This document shows, piece by piece, positions 49,919-60,480 of a stretch of DNA of 64,000 bases. Below the pieces are notes generated by a model, which saw only the letters and a list, made by a program, of their open reading frames with translations, did no database searches and had not been told where the DNA came from. The number at the start of each line of letters is the position of its first letter. Position 1 is the first letter of the stretch. Origin of the DNA: an uncultured Alphaproteobacteria bacterium (lineage in GTDB: Bacteria > Pseudomonadota > Alphaproteobacteria > HIMB59 > GCA-002718135); contig CACOAX010000001.1 of assembly GCA_902625365.1 (NCBI GenBank), positions 173,329-237,328 of the forward strand, written 5' to 3'. The translations under genes and the position numbers were made by a program.

Positions 49919-51103
49919 ATGAATTTGCATGAATATCAAGCTAAAGATCTACTAAGAAAGTACAATCTACCTATACTTGAAGGCAAAAGTTACATTGAAA
50001 ATGTTAACGATTTAGAAAAAGATTTACAAAATATAAAAGGACCACCCTGGGTTATCAAATCACAGATACATGCTGGAGGAAGAGGAGCAGGGAAATTTTT
50101 AAAACCATTTAATACAAAAGGTGGAGTACAAATAACAGAATCAATTGATGATGCACAAAAAATTGCAAAAGGAATGATGGGTAACATATTGGTTACAAAA
50201 CAAACAGGTAATCAAGGAAAGTTAGTAAATAGAATTTACTTAGAAGCTGGATGTGAAATTGATAGAGAATATTATTTAAGTATTCTTCTTGATAGGAATC
50301 AATCAAAATTAATGATGATGATATCTGATGCTGGTGGTATAGACATAGAAGATGTAGCTGAGAAAACACCAGAAAGAATTCAATATGTTTATTTTGATAA
50401 CTTAGAAAATTTTACAATTAGTGATAGTCTTCAAAATAAATTAAACTTTTCTATTAATGAGTTTAATCAATTTAAAGAAATTGTTTCAAATTTATGTAAG
50501 GCCTATGTCGAAATAGATGCTTCTTTAATTGAAATTAATCCTCTTGTAGTGACAAAAGATGAAAAACTAATTCTTTTAGATGCTAAAATTAATATTGATG
50601 ATAATGCTCTGTATAGACAGGCTGACATTGAAAAATTAAAAGATACTTCAGAAGAAAATGATTTGGAACTTGAAGCTTCTGAAAACGATATGGTTTACAT
50701 TAAACTAGATGGAAAAATAGGCTGTATGGTTAACGGAGCTGGACTGGCTATGGCAACTATGGATATTATTAAACAATTTGGAATGGAACCAGCCAATTTT
50801 TTAGATTTAGGCGGTACAGCAAATAAAGAAAGAGCCATTAAAGCTTTCAAAATAATACAATCAGATAAAAATGTTAAATCAGTATTCATAAATATTTTTG
50901 GAGGAATTATCCATTGTGATATGATTGCTAATGGCATCATTGATGCAATTAAAGAATTAGATTTTAAACTGCCTGTTGTTATACGTTTTCAAGGAACAAA
51001 CTCAAAAGAAGGAAGAGATATAATTAATAGTTCATCTTTAGGATTAATTTCAATTGATGATTTTTCAAATGCAGCTCAAAAAGCTGTAGAGTTATCAGAA
51101 TAA
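49919..51103 (+). CDS. sucC: succinyl-CoA synthetase beta subunit
   Basis: [15 protein letters not shown]-grasp domain, [15 protein letters not shown]. Confidence 0.97.
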   Translation: MNLHEYQAKDLLRKYNLPILEGKSYIENVNDLEKDLQNIKGPPWVIKSQIHAGGRGAGKFLKPFNTKGGVQITESIDDAQKIAKGMMGNILVTKQTGNQGKLVNRIYLEAGCEIDREYYLSILLDRNQSKLMMMISDAGGIDIEDVAEKTPERIQYVYFDNLENFTISDSLQNKLNFSINEFNQFKEIVSNLCKAYVEIDASLIEINPLVVTKDEKLILLDAKINIDDNALYRQADIEKLKDTSEENDLELEASENDMVYIKLDGKIGCMVNGAGLAMATMDIIKQFGMEPANFLDLGGTANKERAIKAFKIIQSDKNVKSVFINIFGGIIHCDMIANGIIDAIKELDFKLPVVIRFQGTNSKEGRDIINSSSLGLISIDDFSNAAQKAVELSE

Positions 51104-51987
51104 TGTCAATTTTAGTTAATAAAAATACAAGACTTATTTGCCAAGGCTTTACTGGATCGCAAGGAACATATCATTCTGAACAAGCTTTAGAGTATGGTAC
51201 AAATCTTGTTGGAGGTGTCACACCTGGTAAAGGAGGACAAACTCATTTAAATTTACCTGTGTTTAATACTGTTGCTGATGCTGTAAAACAAACTGAAGCG
51301 AACGCAACAGTTATATATGTACCTGCTAAGTTTGCCGCTAAAGCAATCCACGAAGCTTTAGATGCAAGCATTGAATTAATTGTTTGTATTACTGAAGGCA
51401 TTCCAGTTTTAGATATGATCGACATAAAAAAAAGAATTACTAAAAATAAAACATATTTGATAGGGCCTAACTGTCCGGGACTAATTACACCTTCTGAATG
51501 TAAAATTGGCATCATGCCTGGTTTCATTCACAAAAAAGGTAAAATTGGTATAGTAAGTAGATCGGGAACATTAACCTATGAAGCTGTTGCACAAACTACA
51601 GAAGTAGGATTAGGTCAGTCAACTTGTGTAGGTATTGGTGGAGATCCAATACATGGTATGGATTTTGTAGATTGTATAAAGTTATTTTTAGAAGACGATG
51701 AGACTGAGGGAATTTTAATGATTGGTGAAATTGGTGGTGAGGAAGAAGAAAATGCAGCAGAATTTATTTCAAACTCAAAAAGAAAAAAACCAGTTTCAGC
51801 ATTTATAGCTGGACAATCGGCACCAAAAGGAAAACGTATGGGTCATGCAGGTGCTATTGTTTCAGGATCAAAAGGAACAGCACATTCCAAAATTAAATCT
51901 TTAGAAAATGCAGGAGTTTTGGTGTCAAAATCCCCGGCATCGTTGGGAAAAACTATGAAATTAGCAATGCAAAATGGGAATAATTAG
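51103..51987 (+). CDS. sucD: succinyl-CoA synthetase alpha subunit
   Basis: [27 protein letters not shown] phospho-His motif. Confidence 0.97.
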   Translation: MSILVNKNTRLICQGFTGSQGTYHSEQALEYGTNLVGGVTPGKGGQTHLNLPVFNTVADAVKQTEANATVIYVPAKFAAKAIHEALDASIELIVCITEGIPVLDMIDIKKRITKNKTYLIGPNCPGLITPSECKIGIMPGFIHKKGKIGIVSRSGTLTYEAVAQTTEVGLGQSTCVGIGGDPIHGMDFVDCIKLFLEDDETEGILMIGEIGGEEEENAAEFISNSKRKKPVSAFIAGQSAPKGKRMGHAGAIVSGSKGTAHSKIKSLENAGVLVSKSPASLGKTMKLAMQNGNN

Positions 51988-52038
51988 TTTCCATTACTAT
52001 GATTGTTATGCGAAATGGTTTTAGTTTAATAGAAATCT

Positions 52039-54942
52039 ATGAATGACACTTTCTTAAATAGCGCTAATGCGCCATATGTAGCTGAACTGTATTCTAAATT
52101 TAGAAATGACCCTGAAAGTGTGGATACAACTTGGAAAGATTTTTTTAATAATTTAAATGAAGATGACTACTCTGTTCTTAAAGATTTTGGAGGACCAGAA
52201 TGGAAAGAACGTCCATCAAGTATAATAGATAAAAATTACATAACTAAGGTTATAAAATCAAATGCGAATTACAATTCTGAGGAATTTAGAATATCAACCT
52301 TAGATTCAATTAGAGCATTAAGATTAATTAGAGCTTTTAGAATTAATGGACATTTAATTGCAGATCTTGACCCATTAGGAATATCTGAAAGAGAATATCC
52401 TCAAGAATTAGATTATAAAAGCTACGGTTTTAATGAATTAGATTTAGAAAAAGAAATATTCATTGATGGAAGTTTGGGTTTAGAAAAGGGTAAATTAAAA
52501 AATATTATTAAAATATTAAAAGAAACCTATTCTGCTTCAATTGGTGTTGAATTTTTACATATACAACAAGCTGATCAAAAACAATGGGTGCAAGAAAGAA
52601 TTGAAGAAGTAAGAAATAAAACAAATTTTACAAACGAAGGAAAAAAAGCAATCTACAAAAGATTAGTTGAATCAGAACTATTTGAACAGTTTTTAGATAA
52701 AAAGTTTTTAGGTACAAAGAGATACGGTATCGAAGGTGGTGAAGCGATGATACCTGGGATAGAGCAAATTGTTAAACAGGCATGTTTGTCTGGAATTGAA
52801 GATATTATTATTGGAACAGCTCATCGAGGGAGACTAACACTTCTATCAAGTGTTTTAGAAATGCCTTACAAAAAAATATTATCAAAATTCCAAGGTTCTT
52901 TAAATGACCCAAATGAGGTACTTGGTTCGGGTGATGTAAAATATCATTTAGGTGTTTCTGCTGATCGTGAATTTGAAAAAAAGAAAATTCATTTATCGCT
53001 CACTTCTAACCCTTCTCATTTAGAAGCAGTTAACCCAGTCGTAGCAGGAAAAGTAAGAGCTAAACAAACTTTAGCTAAAGATAAAACAACTGATAAAGTT
53101 ATCGGTTTATTAATTCATGGAGATGCAGCAATAGCTGGACAAGGAGTAGTAGCGGAAACATTTGCTATGTCACAATTAAGAGGGTTTAAAACTGGCGGCA
53201 CTATTCACTTTGTAATTAACAATCAGATAGGTTTTACTACAATGCCACAGTATGGACGATCAGCCCCTTATTGTACTGAAATTGCAAAAATGGTTCAGGC
53301 ACCGATATTTCATGTTAATGGTGATGACCCAGAAGCAGTAGTTCATGTTTGTAGACTTGCAACAGAATTTAGAAATAAATTTAAAGTAGATGTTGTTGTA
53401 GATATGTTTTGTTACAGGAGATCAGGACATAACGAAGCTGATGAACCTTCTTTCACTCAGCCACTTATGTATAAGGCTATCAAGAAACAAATCACAACAA
53501 GAAAAAAATATGAAAAAAAATTAATTGAGAATAATACTCTTTCAGAAGAAGAATCCAAAAACATTGTAGATTCTTTTAAAAATTTTTTGGATAAAGAATT
53601 TGAATCAACTAAAAATTATAAGCCAAATAAAGTAGATTGGTTAGAGGGAACTTGGACAGGTTTATCTACTGCAACATTTGATGCGAGAAGGGGTAAAACT
53701 TCCGTAAAAGAAAAAACATTAATTAATGTAGCGAAAAAAATTCATGAAATACCAGCAGATTTCAATGCTCATAGAAGAATAAAAAAAATTTATGGAGACA
53801 GATTAGCAAGTGTCATCAACGGAAAAGGTATTGATTGGGCAACTTCTGAAAGTTTAGCTTTAGCAACACTTTTAGATGAGGGATACGGTGTTCGAATATC
53901 CGGACAAGATGTTGGAAGAGGAACATTTAGTCATAGACATGGTGTACTATACGATCAAGAAAACGAAAATCGTTTTGTTCCATTAAGACATTTTCAAAAC
54001 AAGCAAGGTTACTTTGAAATTATAGATAGTTTTTTATCTGAGTTTGGTGTTCTTGGTTTTGAATATGGATATTCACAAGTTGATCCTAAGACACTTGTTA
54101 TATGGGAAGCACAGTTTGGCGATTTTGCAAATGGTGCACAAATTATGATTGATCAATTCATTAGTTCTGGAGAAAGAAAATGGTTGAGAATGTCTGGTTT
54201 AACGATGTTACTTCCCCACGGACATGAGGGTCAAGGTCCTGAGCATACAAGTGGAAGATTAGAAAGATTTTTACAGATGTGTGCGGAAGACAATATGCAA
54301 ATTGTTAATTGCACAAGTCCTGCTAATTATTTTCATGTTTTAAGAAGGCAACTACTTAGAAACTTTAGGAAACCTCTAATTATATTTACACCAAAATCTA
54401 CACTTAGACATAAATCTAACGTTTCTAATATTGAGGATTATATAAATGGATCAACTTTCCATAGAATTCTAACTGACAAATTATCTGTTAAAGAAAAGAG
54501 GAAAAACAAAAGATTAATAATTTGCTCTGGTAAAATATATTTTGAACTTGCAGACCACATAGCAAAAAATAAAATTAAAAATCTATCCATAATAAGATTG
54601 GAGCAGATTTATCCATTTCCTTATGAAAACTTTAGAGATGAATTAAAACATTATACCGATGCTGAAATTATCTGGGCACAAGAAGAGCCAAAAAATATGG
54701 GTGCCTGGGGTTTTGTGAAAGGTAGATTGGAAAGTGTTATGCAGGAAGCCAAAGTTAAACAAGAAAAAATATTCTATGTTGGTAGAAGTCCGGCTGCATC
54801 TCCTGCCGCTGGTTCTTTAGAAAGACACTTAAGTAACCAAGAAACTATTATAAAAATGGCAACTGAAGATTCTATTAGCAAAATTATCAAATCTTGGGCA
54901 GGTATTTCAACAAAATTAAAGACTAATCTGCCAATTGAATAA
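52039..54942 (+). CDS. sucA: 2-oxoglutarate dehydrogenase E1 component
   Basis: 967 aa; HGDAAIAGQG and LLPHGHEGQGPEH motifs. Confidence 0.97.
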   Translation: MNDTFLNSANAPYVAELYSKFRNDPESVDTTWKDFFNNLNEDDYSVLKDFGGPEWKERPSSIIDKNYITKVIKSNANYNSEEFRISTLDSIRALRLIRAFRINGHLIADLDPLGISEREYPQELDYKSYGFNELDLEKEIFIDGSLGLEKGKLKNIIKILKETYSASIGVEFLHIQQADQKQWVQERIEEVRNKTNFTNEGKKAIYKRLVESELFEQFLDKKFLGTKRYGIEGGEAMIPGIEQIVKQACLSGIEDIIIGTAHRGRLTLLSSVLEMPYKKILSKFQGSLNDPNEVLGSGDVKYHLGVSADREFEKKKIHLSLTSNPSHLEAVNPVVAGKVRAKQTLAKDKTTDKVIGLLIHGDAAIAGQGVVAETFAMSQLRGFKTGGTIHFVINNQIGFTTMPQYGRSAPYCTEIAKMVQAPIFHVNGDDPEAVVHVCRLATEFRNKFKVDVVVDMFCYRRSGHNEADEPSFTQPLMYKAIKKQITTRKKYEKKLIENNTLSEEESKNIVDSFKNFLDKEFESTKNYKPNKVDWLEGTWTGLSTATFDARRGKTSVKEKTLINVAKKIHEIPADFNAHRRIKKIYGDRLASVINGKGIDWATSESLALATLLDEGYGVRISGQDVGRGTFSHRHGVLYDQENENRFVPLRHFQNKQGYFEIIDSFLSEFGVLGFEYGYSQVDPKTLVIWEAQFGDFANGAQIMIDQFISSGERKWLRMSGLTMLLPHGHEGQGPEHTSGRLERFLQMCAEDNMQIVNCTSPANYFHVLRRQLLRNFRKPLIIFTPKSTLRHKSNVSNIEDYINGSTFHRILTDKLSVKEKRKNKRLIICSGKIYFELADHIAKNKIKNLSIIRLEQIYPFPYENFRDELKHYTDAEIIWAQEEPKNMGAWGFVKGRLESVMQEAKVKQEKIFYVGRSPAASPAAGSLERHLSNQETIIKMATEDSISKIIKSWAGISTKLKTNLPIE

Positions 54943-54973
54943 ATTGACGTAAATGTTATTAAGCATTTAATTA

Positions 54974-56155
54974 ATGAGCACTGAATTAATAGTTCCAACA
55001 CTTGGAGAGTCAATTACGGAGGCAACTGTTTCAAAATGGCTTAAGAATATAGGCGATAATTTTGAAGCTGATGAACCTTTAGTTGAAATTGAAACTGACA
55101 AAATTACAGTTGAAGTACCAGCTCCTCATGCAGGATCTCTAAAAGAAATAAAAGTTTCTGAAGGAACTGATATTGAAATTGGAGGTATTTTAGGAATCTT
55201 AGATGAAGCTAAAGGTAAAAAACCAACTCCTAAAAAAACTGAAACTAAAGAAGAAAAAGTAAAAGAAGAAGTAAAAGAAGTAAAGGTTGAAACAAAATCT
55301 TTACCTACTAAATCTTCACCATCTGCAAGAAAAATTGCTGAAGAAAATAATATTAAACTTAAAGATGTTATCTCATCCCGTTCTGATGGAAGAATTAATA
55401 AAGAAGATGTAGTTTCTCATCTCTCTTCTTCAAATAAAACAACCACTAACAAAGGTGAAAGAGAAGAAGTTGTTAAAATGTCAAAAATCAGACAGACAAT
55501 ATCTAAACGCTTAAAGGAAGCTCAAAATACAGCAGCCATACTTACAACTTTCAATGAAATTGATATGTCGAAAGTTATGGAAATTAGAAAATCAAAAAAC
55601 CAAGAATTTCAAAGTCGGTATGAGGTCAAATTAGGTTTCATGTCATTTTTTGTAAAAGCTGTAGTAAAAAGTTTGCAAGAGTATCCCGCTGTTAATGCTG
55701 AAATTAAAGATGAAAATATAATTTATAAAAACCATTTTGATATAGGTATAGCTGTTGGAACTGAAAAAGGATTAGTTGTACCAATACTTAAAGACGCTGA
55801 TCAATTGAGTTTTGGAGAAATAGAAACTAAAATTATTGATTTTAGTACAAAAGCCAAAGATGGAACTTTGACCATGGACGATTTGACTGGTGGAACCTTT
55901 ACAATTTCAAATGGGGGCGTTTATGGATCAATGCTCAGCACCCCAATAATCAACAGACCTCAATCTGGGATTTTAGGGATGCATAATATTCAAAAAAGAG
56001 CAGTAGTTGTAAATGATGAAATAGTAATTAGGCCAATGATGTATGTTGCATTAAGTTATGATCATAGAATTATTGATGGAAAAGAAAGTGTTGGATTTTT
56101 AGTGAGAGTGAAAGAACTTCTAGAAGATCCATCCGAATTAGTATTAGGAATATAA
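54974..56155 (+). CDS. sucB: dihydrolipoyllysine succinyltransferase (E2)
   Basis: Lipoyl domain [16 protein letters not shown]3-binding domain, catalytic DHRIIDG. Confidence 0.96.
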   Translation: MSTELIVPTLGESITEATVSKWLKNIGDNFEADEPLVEIETDKITVEVPAPHAGSLKEIKVSEGTDIEIGGILGILDEAKGKKPTPKKTETKEEKVKEEVKEVKVETKSLPTKSSPSARKIAEENNIKLKDVISSRSDGRINKEDVVSHLSSSNKTTTNKGEREEVVKMSKIRQTISKRLKEAQNTAAILTTFNEIDMSKVMEIRKSKNQEFQSRYEVKLGFMSFFVKAVVKSLQEYPAVNAEIKDENIIYKNHFDIGIAVGTEKGLVVPILKDADQLSFGEIETKIIDFSTKAKDGTLTMDDLTGGTFTISNGGVYGSMLSTPIINRPQSGILGMHNIQKRAVVVNDEIVIRPMMYVALSYDHRIIDGKESVGFLVRVKELLEDPSELVLGI

Positions 56156-57553
56156 ATGGAAGATTTTGATTTAATAGTAATTGGTGCGGGACCTGGCGGA
56201 TATGTAGCTGCAATCAGAGCAGCTCAACTTGGAATGAAGGTTGCTTGTATAGAAAAAGAGCCATCACTTGGTGGAACCTGTTTGAACATTGGATGCATAC
56301 CTTCTAAAGCATTATTAAATTCATCTGAAAAATTTGTTGAAATTTCAAATCATGCTGCAGAGCATGGCATAAAAACATCAAAGATAGATTTAGATTTAAA
56401 TGTTTTGATGGATCGAAAAACAAAGATTGTAAAAAAGCTCACAACAGGGATTGGTTTTTTATTTAAGAAAAATAAAATAACTCATATTTCTGGCATGGCT
56501 TCATTTGTAGATAAAAATACTATTTCTATTACAAATGGAAAAAACGAAATTACTGCTAGTGCTAAAAATTTTATTATAGCAACAGGATCATCTTCGATTG
56601 AGATATCAAATATTCCTGTCGATGAAAAAAAAATAGTATCTTCAACAGGTGCTCTTTCTCTATCTAAAATACCAAAATCACTCCTAGTTATTGGTGGTGG
56701 ATACATTGGATTAGAGATGGGATCAGTATGGAGCAGATTAGGTTCAAAGGTAACAGTTGTTGAAGCTCTTGACAGAATTGTTCCAACTATGGATGGTGAA
56801 ATTGCAAAAGAGTTTATGAAAATGTTAACTAAACAAGGGTTGGAATTTAAATTATCTCATAAAGTGAGTTCTGCAAAATCTGGTAAGTCCGGTGTAGATG
56901 TTGAAATGGAAACATTAGATAAAAAGATAATAAAAGAAAACTACGAAATAGTTTTAATGTCAGTAGGAAGAAAACCAAACACAGAAGGACTGGGTCTCGA
57001 AAAAATTGGTATTAAATTAACTACAAAAAAATCCATTGAAATTAAAGATAATTTTCAAACTTCTGTTGAAGGAATCTACGCCATTGGTGATGTAGCACCG
57101 GGACCAATGCTAGCACACAAAGCTGAAGAAGAAGGAGTGGCTTGTGTTGAATTTATAAACGGTCAAAAACCTCATATAAACTACGACGCTATACCAGCGA
57201 TTGTTTATACCAATCCAGAGATAGCATCAGTTGGAAAAACAGAGGAACAACTCAAGCAAGAAAAGAAAGACTTCAAGGTTGGAAAATTTCCTTTTATGGC
57301 AAATGGCCGTGCCTTAACTACCTCCGCATCAGAAGGATTTGTTAAAATTTTGGTTGATAAAAAAACAGATGAAATTTTAGGTGCTCATATAATCGGTCAT
57401 GATGCTGGACAGTTGATCGCTGAAATTGTTACGACAATAGAATTTGGTGGTAGTGCAGAAGATATTGCTAGAGTATGTCATGCTCATCCGACAACCAGTG
57501 AAGCAGTAAAAGAAGCAGCTCTTAGTGTTGATGGCAGAGCCATACATATTTAA
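56156..57553 (+). CDS. lpdA: dihydrolipoyl dehydrogenase (E3)
   Basis: GAGPGGY, GGTCLNIGCIPSK redox disulfide, HAHPT. Confidence 0.97.
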   Translation: MEDFDLIVIGAGPGGYVAAIRAAQLGMKVACIEKEPSLGGTCLNIGCIPSKALLNSSEKFVEISNHAAEHGIKTSKIDLDLNVLMDRKTKIVKKLTTGIGFLFKKNKITHISGMASFVDKNTISITNGKNEITASAKNFIIATGSSSIEISNIPVDEKKIVSSTGALSLSKIPKSLLVIGGGYIGLEMGSVWSRLGSKVTVVEALDRIVPTMDGEIAKEFMKMLTKQGLEFKLSHKVSSAKSGKSGVDVEMETLDKKIIKENYEIVLMSVGRKPNTEGLGLEKIGIKLTTKKSIEIKDNFQTSVEGIYAIGDVAPGPMLAHKAEEEGVACVEFINGQKPHINYDAIPAIVYTNPEIASVGKTEEQLKQEKKDFKVGKFPFMANGRALTTSASEGFVKILVDKKTDEILGAHIIGHDAGQLIAEIVTTIEFGGSAEDIARVCHAHPTTSEAVKEAALSVDGRAIHI

Positions 57554-57753
57554 ATTTTAGCTAGATCCATTCCTTTTTTATATTTTTTTGATGACTGTTT
57601 TACAACTGCTTGACCACACCTCATAACTTTTCTTTTATGATCAAATGTCATTTTTGGCTCTCCATGTAATTTCCAACCATTAGATAATGCCTCTGTTACT
57701 CTTTGACAAAAATCAACAGTATCATCATCAGTAATAAATCTATAACCTTTCAT
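57550..57753 (-). CDS. DUF1737 domain protein
   Basis: YRFITDDDTVDFCQRVTEALSNGWKLHGEPKMTFD...CGQAVV matches my memory of the DUF1737 pattern. 67 aa. Confidence 0.7.
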   Translation of the reverse strand: MKGYRFITDDDTVDFCQRVTEALSNGWKLHGEPKMTFDHKRKVMRCGQAVVKQSSKKYKKGMDLAKI

Positions 57754-57770
57754 GTATGCTCCTTTTTGTA

Positions 57771-59093
57771 TTAATTTATTTGATCTAGAATTTTTAATTG
57801 TTCCTTTGATTTTAAACCAATAAATGTTTCAAACTCTATGAGAAAATCATCGTAACTCATATTAAAATTTCTCCTAAAAGATTCTCTCCATCCTTGGTGG
57901 ATTTCTCCTTGTTCCCTTTTTTCTAATTCAAGTTCGGCAATATCTTCATAAAAATCAAAGAATACTTTTTGATTAGATCCACTTAAAGAAGCAAGGTACG
58001 CTGTTGCCCACATACCACCATCATACTCGAAGCCTTGATCACATTTACTGCGCAGTTTTATGGCATCTTCTTCTCTTTCTACATCTTTGAGTTTAATTCC
58101 TTTTTTTGCACATTTGCGAAAGGATTTGAGTGTTTGTTTCATGATTTTTTTATAATCAGCTAAATTATTTTTTCCAATAATATAATAACCAAAATATTCT
58201 GCCCCACCTTCTTCAATCCACATTGGCATATCATCATTAAATTTATACTGGGCAACACCAAAACGTTTTTCATCTTCAAAAAAAATTTTTTTCATATTTT
58301 GATGAACATGAAAATATTCATGTGCTACTATTTTTGCAACACTCCACGCTTCATTCTTATAACCCCTCCACCAACATTTATTACCCTCAATACTTCCTTT
58401 TAATGTTTCAGGTGAAAAATAGGCAGACGCTACACATTCTTTGAACCATTTTTTGTTATCACCACCACCTACTTTTAAACATTCTTCATTGAAATTTTCC
58501 CCACGATTTACTTCACACCAATTTTGAGCAACTTTTTTTAGATTAGATTTTTTTTCATTCCAGATAATAACATGAGTTTCCGCAATGGGTTTTTCGCCAA
58601 GCTCAAGGTAGGAATATTCTAGGGTTTCCATGAATAAACTGTGAAGATCATCAGGGACTCCTTTATATTTTGGAAATATGATTTTTTCCTGCCCATACCA
58701 GTCAGGCATTCTATATTCATATTCAACCATATTGGCTGAATCATCATATTCTTTTTCTACTTCATCATTTGTGACAAAGGCAACATTTTCCCAAATAATT
58801 TCGTCGTTAACAGCAAACGGTTCACACTTACCTGAAATATTATTTTCTTTTCTCCATTTTTCACAATCTTTAAAAGCTACTTTTTTTGCTTTCTCTTCTG
58901 ACTTTTCACCAATAGTCATTCCGTATTCACATTCACCATCGCTGACTACAACATAAAACGCAGCATGTTGATCTTTTGCCTCTTCTTGATATTCTTTAAA
59001 TGGTTCGTCCATTATCCAACTACATATTTGAGGATTGGCAAATAAATTATGGGAATTAATTAATAAAAATAAAATTATTAGTAAAATTTTCAT
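57771..59093 (-). CDS. secreted Cys-rich protein with putative gluzincin-like HExxH metallopeptidase domain
   Basis: Signal peptide; N-terminal DUF4189-like module (AAFYVVVSDGECEYGMTIG...AFKDCEKW...GKCEPFAV); IVAHEYFHVHQ followed by WIEEGGAEYFGY. Confidence 0.6.
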   Translation of the reverse strand: MKILLIILFLLINSHNLFANPQICSWIMDEPFKEYQEEAKDQHAAFYVVVSDGECEYGMTIGEKSEEKAKKVAFKDCEKWRKENNISGKCEPFAVNDEIIWENVAFVTNDEVEKEYDDSANMVEYEYRMPDWYGQEKIIFPKYKGVPDDLHSLFMETLEYSYLELGEKPIAETHVIIWNEKKSNLKKVAQNWCEVNRGENFNEECLKVGGGDNKKWFKECVASAYFSPETLKGSIEGNKCWWRGYKNEAWSVAKIVAHEYFHVHQNMKKIFFEDEKRFGVAQYKFNDDMPMWIEEGGAEYFGYYIIGKNNLADYKKIMKQTLKSFRKCAKKGIKLKDVEREEDAIKLRSKCDQGFEYDGGMWATAYLASLSGSNQKVFFDFYEDIAELELEKREQGEIHQGWRESFRRNFNMSYDDFLIEFETFIGLKSKEQLKILDQIN

Positions 59094-59752
59094 TTTATGT
59101 TTAGCAAATTTACTTCTATAATTTTAATTAAGTACTCAACAAGATCAGTTTGCATATCAACTGTGAATTTATTTTTATCTTTTGATCCCATAGCCAATAT
59201 TAAACTATCTTCACGAAATTTAACTTTTAATAAAATATATGATTTTATCGATGCTGATTTATTAGGAAAAAATAAAAGTAAACCTTTAGGATTTTGATTT
59301 AAATTTGTAACCATTTTGTTTTTAAAATAACTATTTGCAATTTTATTATCTAGTTGTGATAAGTTTTCTGATCTGATATTTTCGTTTGTAACAAAACAAT
59401 TCATTTCATCACAACCTAAAATTGTTTTAAGATCATTTTTAATTAAACTTATTAATTTTGGTAAACTTTTTATATTTAAAATTCTAATTGTAGACTTAAG
59501 AATTCTTTTCTGTGCGTTTAAATGACTTTTCCCTGCAAGTAGTACTTTTGTCATTTGATTTTGTAAGTCTATATTTTGTTGAGATATTTTTTTATATCTA
59601 TAAGCTTCCAAATCAACAACCTTATCTGAACTATTATCTATGGTTGGAAAATTTAGTTCATTTACTAATTCTGAATTTTTAATAAAAAAATTTTTATTTT
59701 TTTTTAAAAAATTTATTATTTCTTTTTCTTTAATTTCATCTTCATTTGCCAT
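59090..59752 (-). CDS. DUF484 family protein
   Basis: MANEDEIKEKEIINFLKKNKNFFIKNSELVNEL resembles the DUF484 N-terminus; C-terminal GAF-like region. Start moved to avoid overlap with tal. Confidence 0.65.
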   Translation of the reverse strand: MANEDEIKEKEIINFLKKNKNFFIKNSELVNELNFPTIDNSSDKVVDLEAYRYKKISQQNIDLQNQMTKVLLAGKSHLNAQKRILKSTIRILNIKSLPKLISLIKNDLKTILGCDEMNCFVTNENIRSENLSQLDNKIANSYFKNKMVTNLNQNPKGLLLFFPNKSASIKSYILLKVKFREDSLILAMGSKDKNKFTVDMQTDLVEYLIKIIEVNLLNIK

Positions 59753-59757
59753 GATGA

Positions 59758-60417
59758 TTATTTTGGCAAAATTTGTTGTCCTGTTTTTGCCCAATCATCA
59801 AGAAATGCTTTAAGCCCTTTATCTGTGAGAGGATGTTTATATAATTCATGAATAACTTTAGGCGGTAGAGTTGAAACATGGGCGCCAATCACAGCTGCAT
59901 CAATCAAATGTTGTGTGTTTCTTACTGAAGCAACTAATACTTCAGTATCAAATCCATAATTCTCATACATTATTACTATATCTGAAATTAGATCCATACC
60001 TTTTTCACCAATATCATCGAGTCTTCCCACAAATGGAGAAATAAATGTTGCACCAACCTTAGCTGCTAGTAATGCTTGAGCAGCACTAAAACACAACGTT
60101 ACATTTACCATGATATCTTTTTCTCTAAGAGCTTTGCATGTCTGAAGACCAGCAGGTGTAAGAGGAACTTTTACAGCAACATTCTTAGCTAATGATGCTA
60201 AGTATTCACCTTCTTCAAGCATCTTGTTATATTCCGTTGCTGTCACTTCTGCACTTACTGGACCAGATACTATAGAACAAATTGTTTTAATTGTTTCACC
60301 CATATCTCTACCACTTTTTGCAATTAGAGATGGGTTTGTCGTCACACCGTCTATTAATCCACTAGGCATTAACTCTTCGATCTGAAGTATATCGGCAGTG
60401 TCTATAAAAAATTTCAT
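59758..60417 (-). CDS. tal: transaldolase (short, fructose-6-phosphate aldolase-like type)
   Basis: [16 protein letters not shown]...DGVTTNPSL...KVP active-site Lys motif, 219 aa. Confidence 0.95.
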   Translation of the reverse strand: MKFFIDTADILQIEELMPSGLIDGVTTNPSLIAKSGRDMGETIKTICSIVSGPVSAEVTATEYNKMLEEGEYLASLAKNVAVKVPLTPAGLQTCKALREKDIMVNVTLCFSAAQALLAAKVGATFISPFVGRLDDIGEKGMDLISDIVIMYENYGFDTEVLVASVRNTQHLIDAAVIGAHVSTLPPKVIHELYKHPLTDKGLKAFLDDWAKTGQQILPK

Positions 60418-60480
60418 TGTTTGTTGTATACCATATACAAGTTATTTAGAAAGTTAACATATAAAAAATACATAAATATA

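Noticed and set aside
51988-52038. CCATT...AATGG pairing in the sucD-sucA spacer as a possible attenuator.
   Set aside because: It has only 5 bp with an 18-nt loop and no T-run, so it is not distinguishable from chance.
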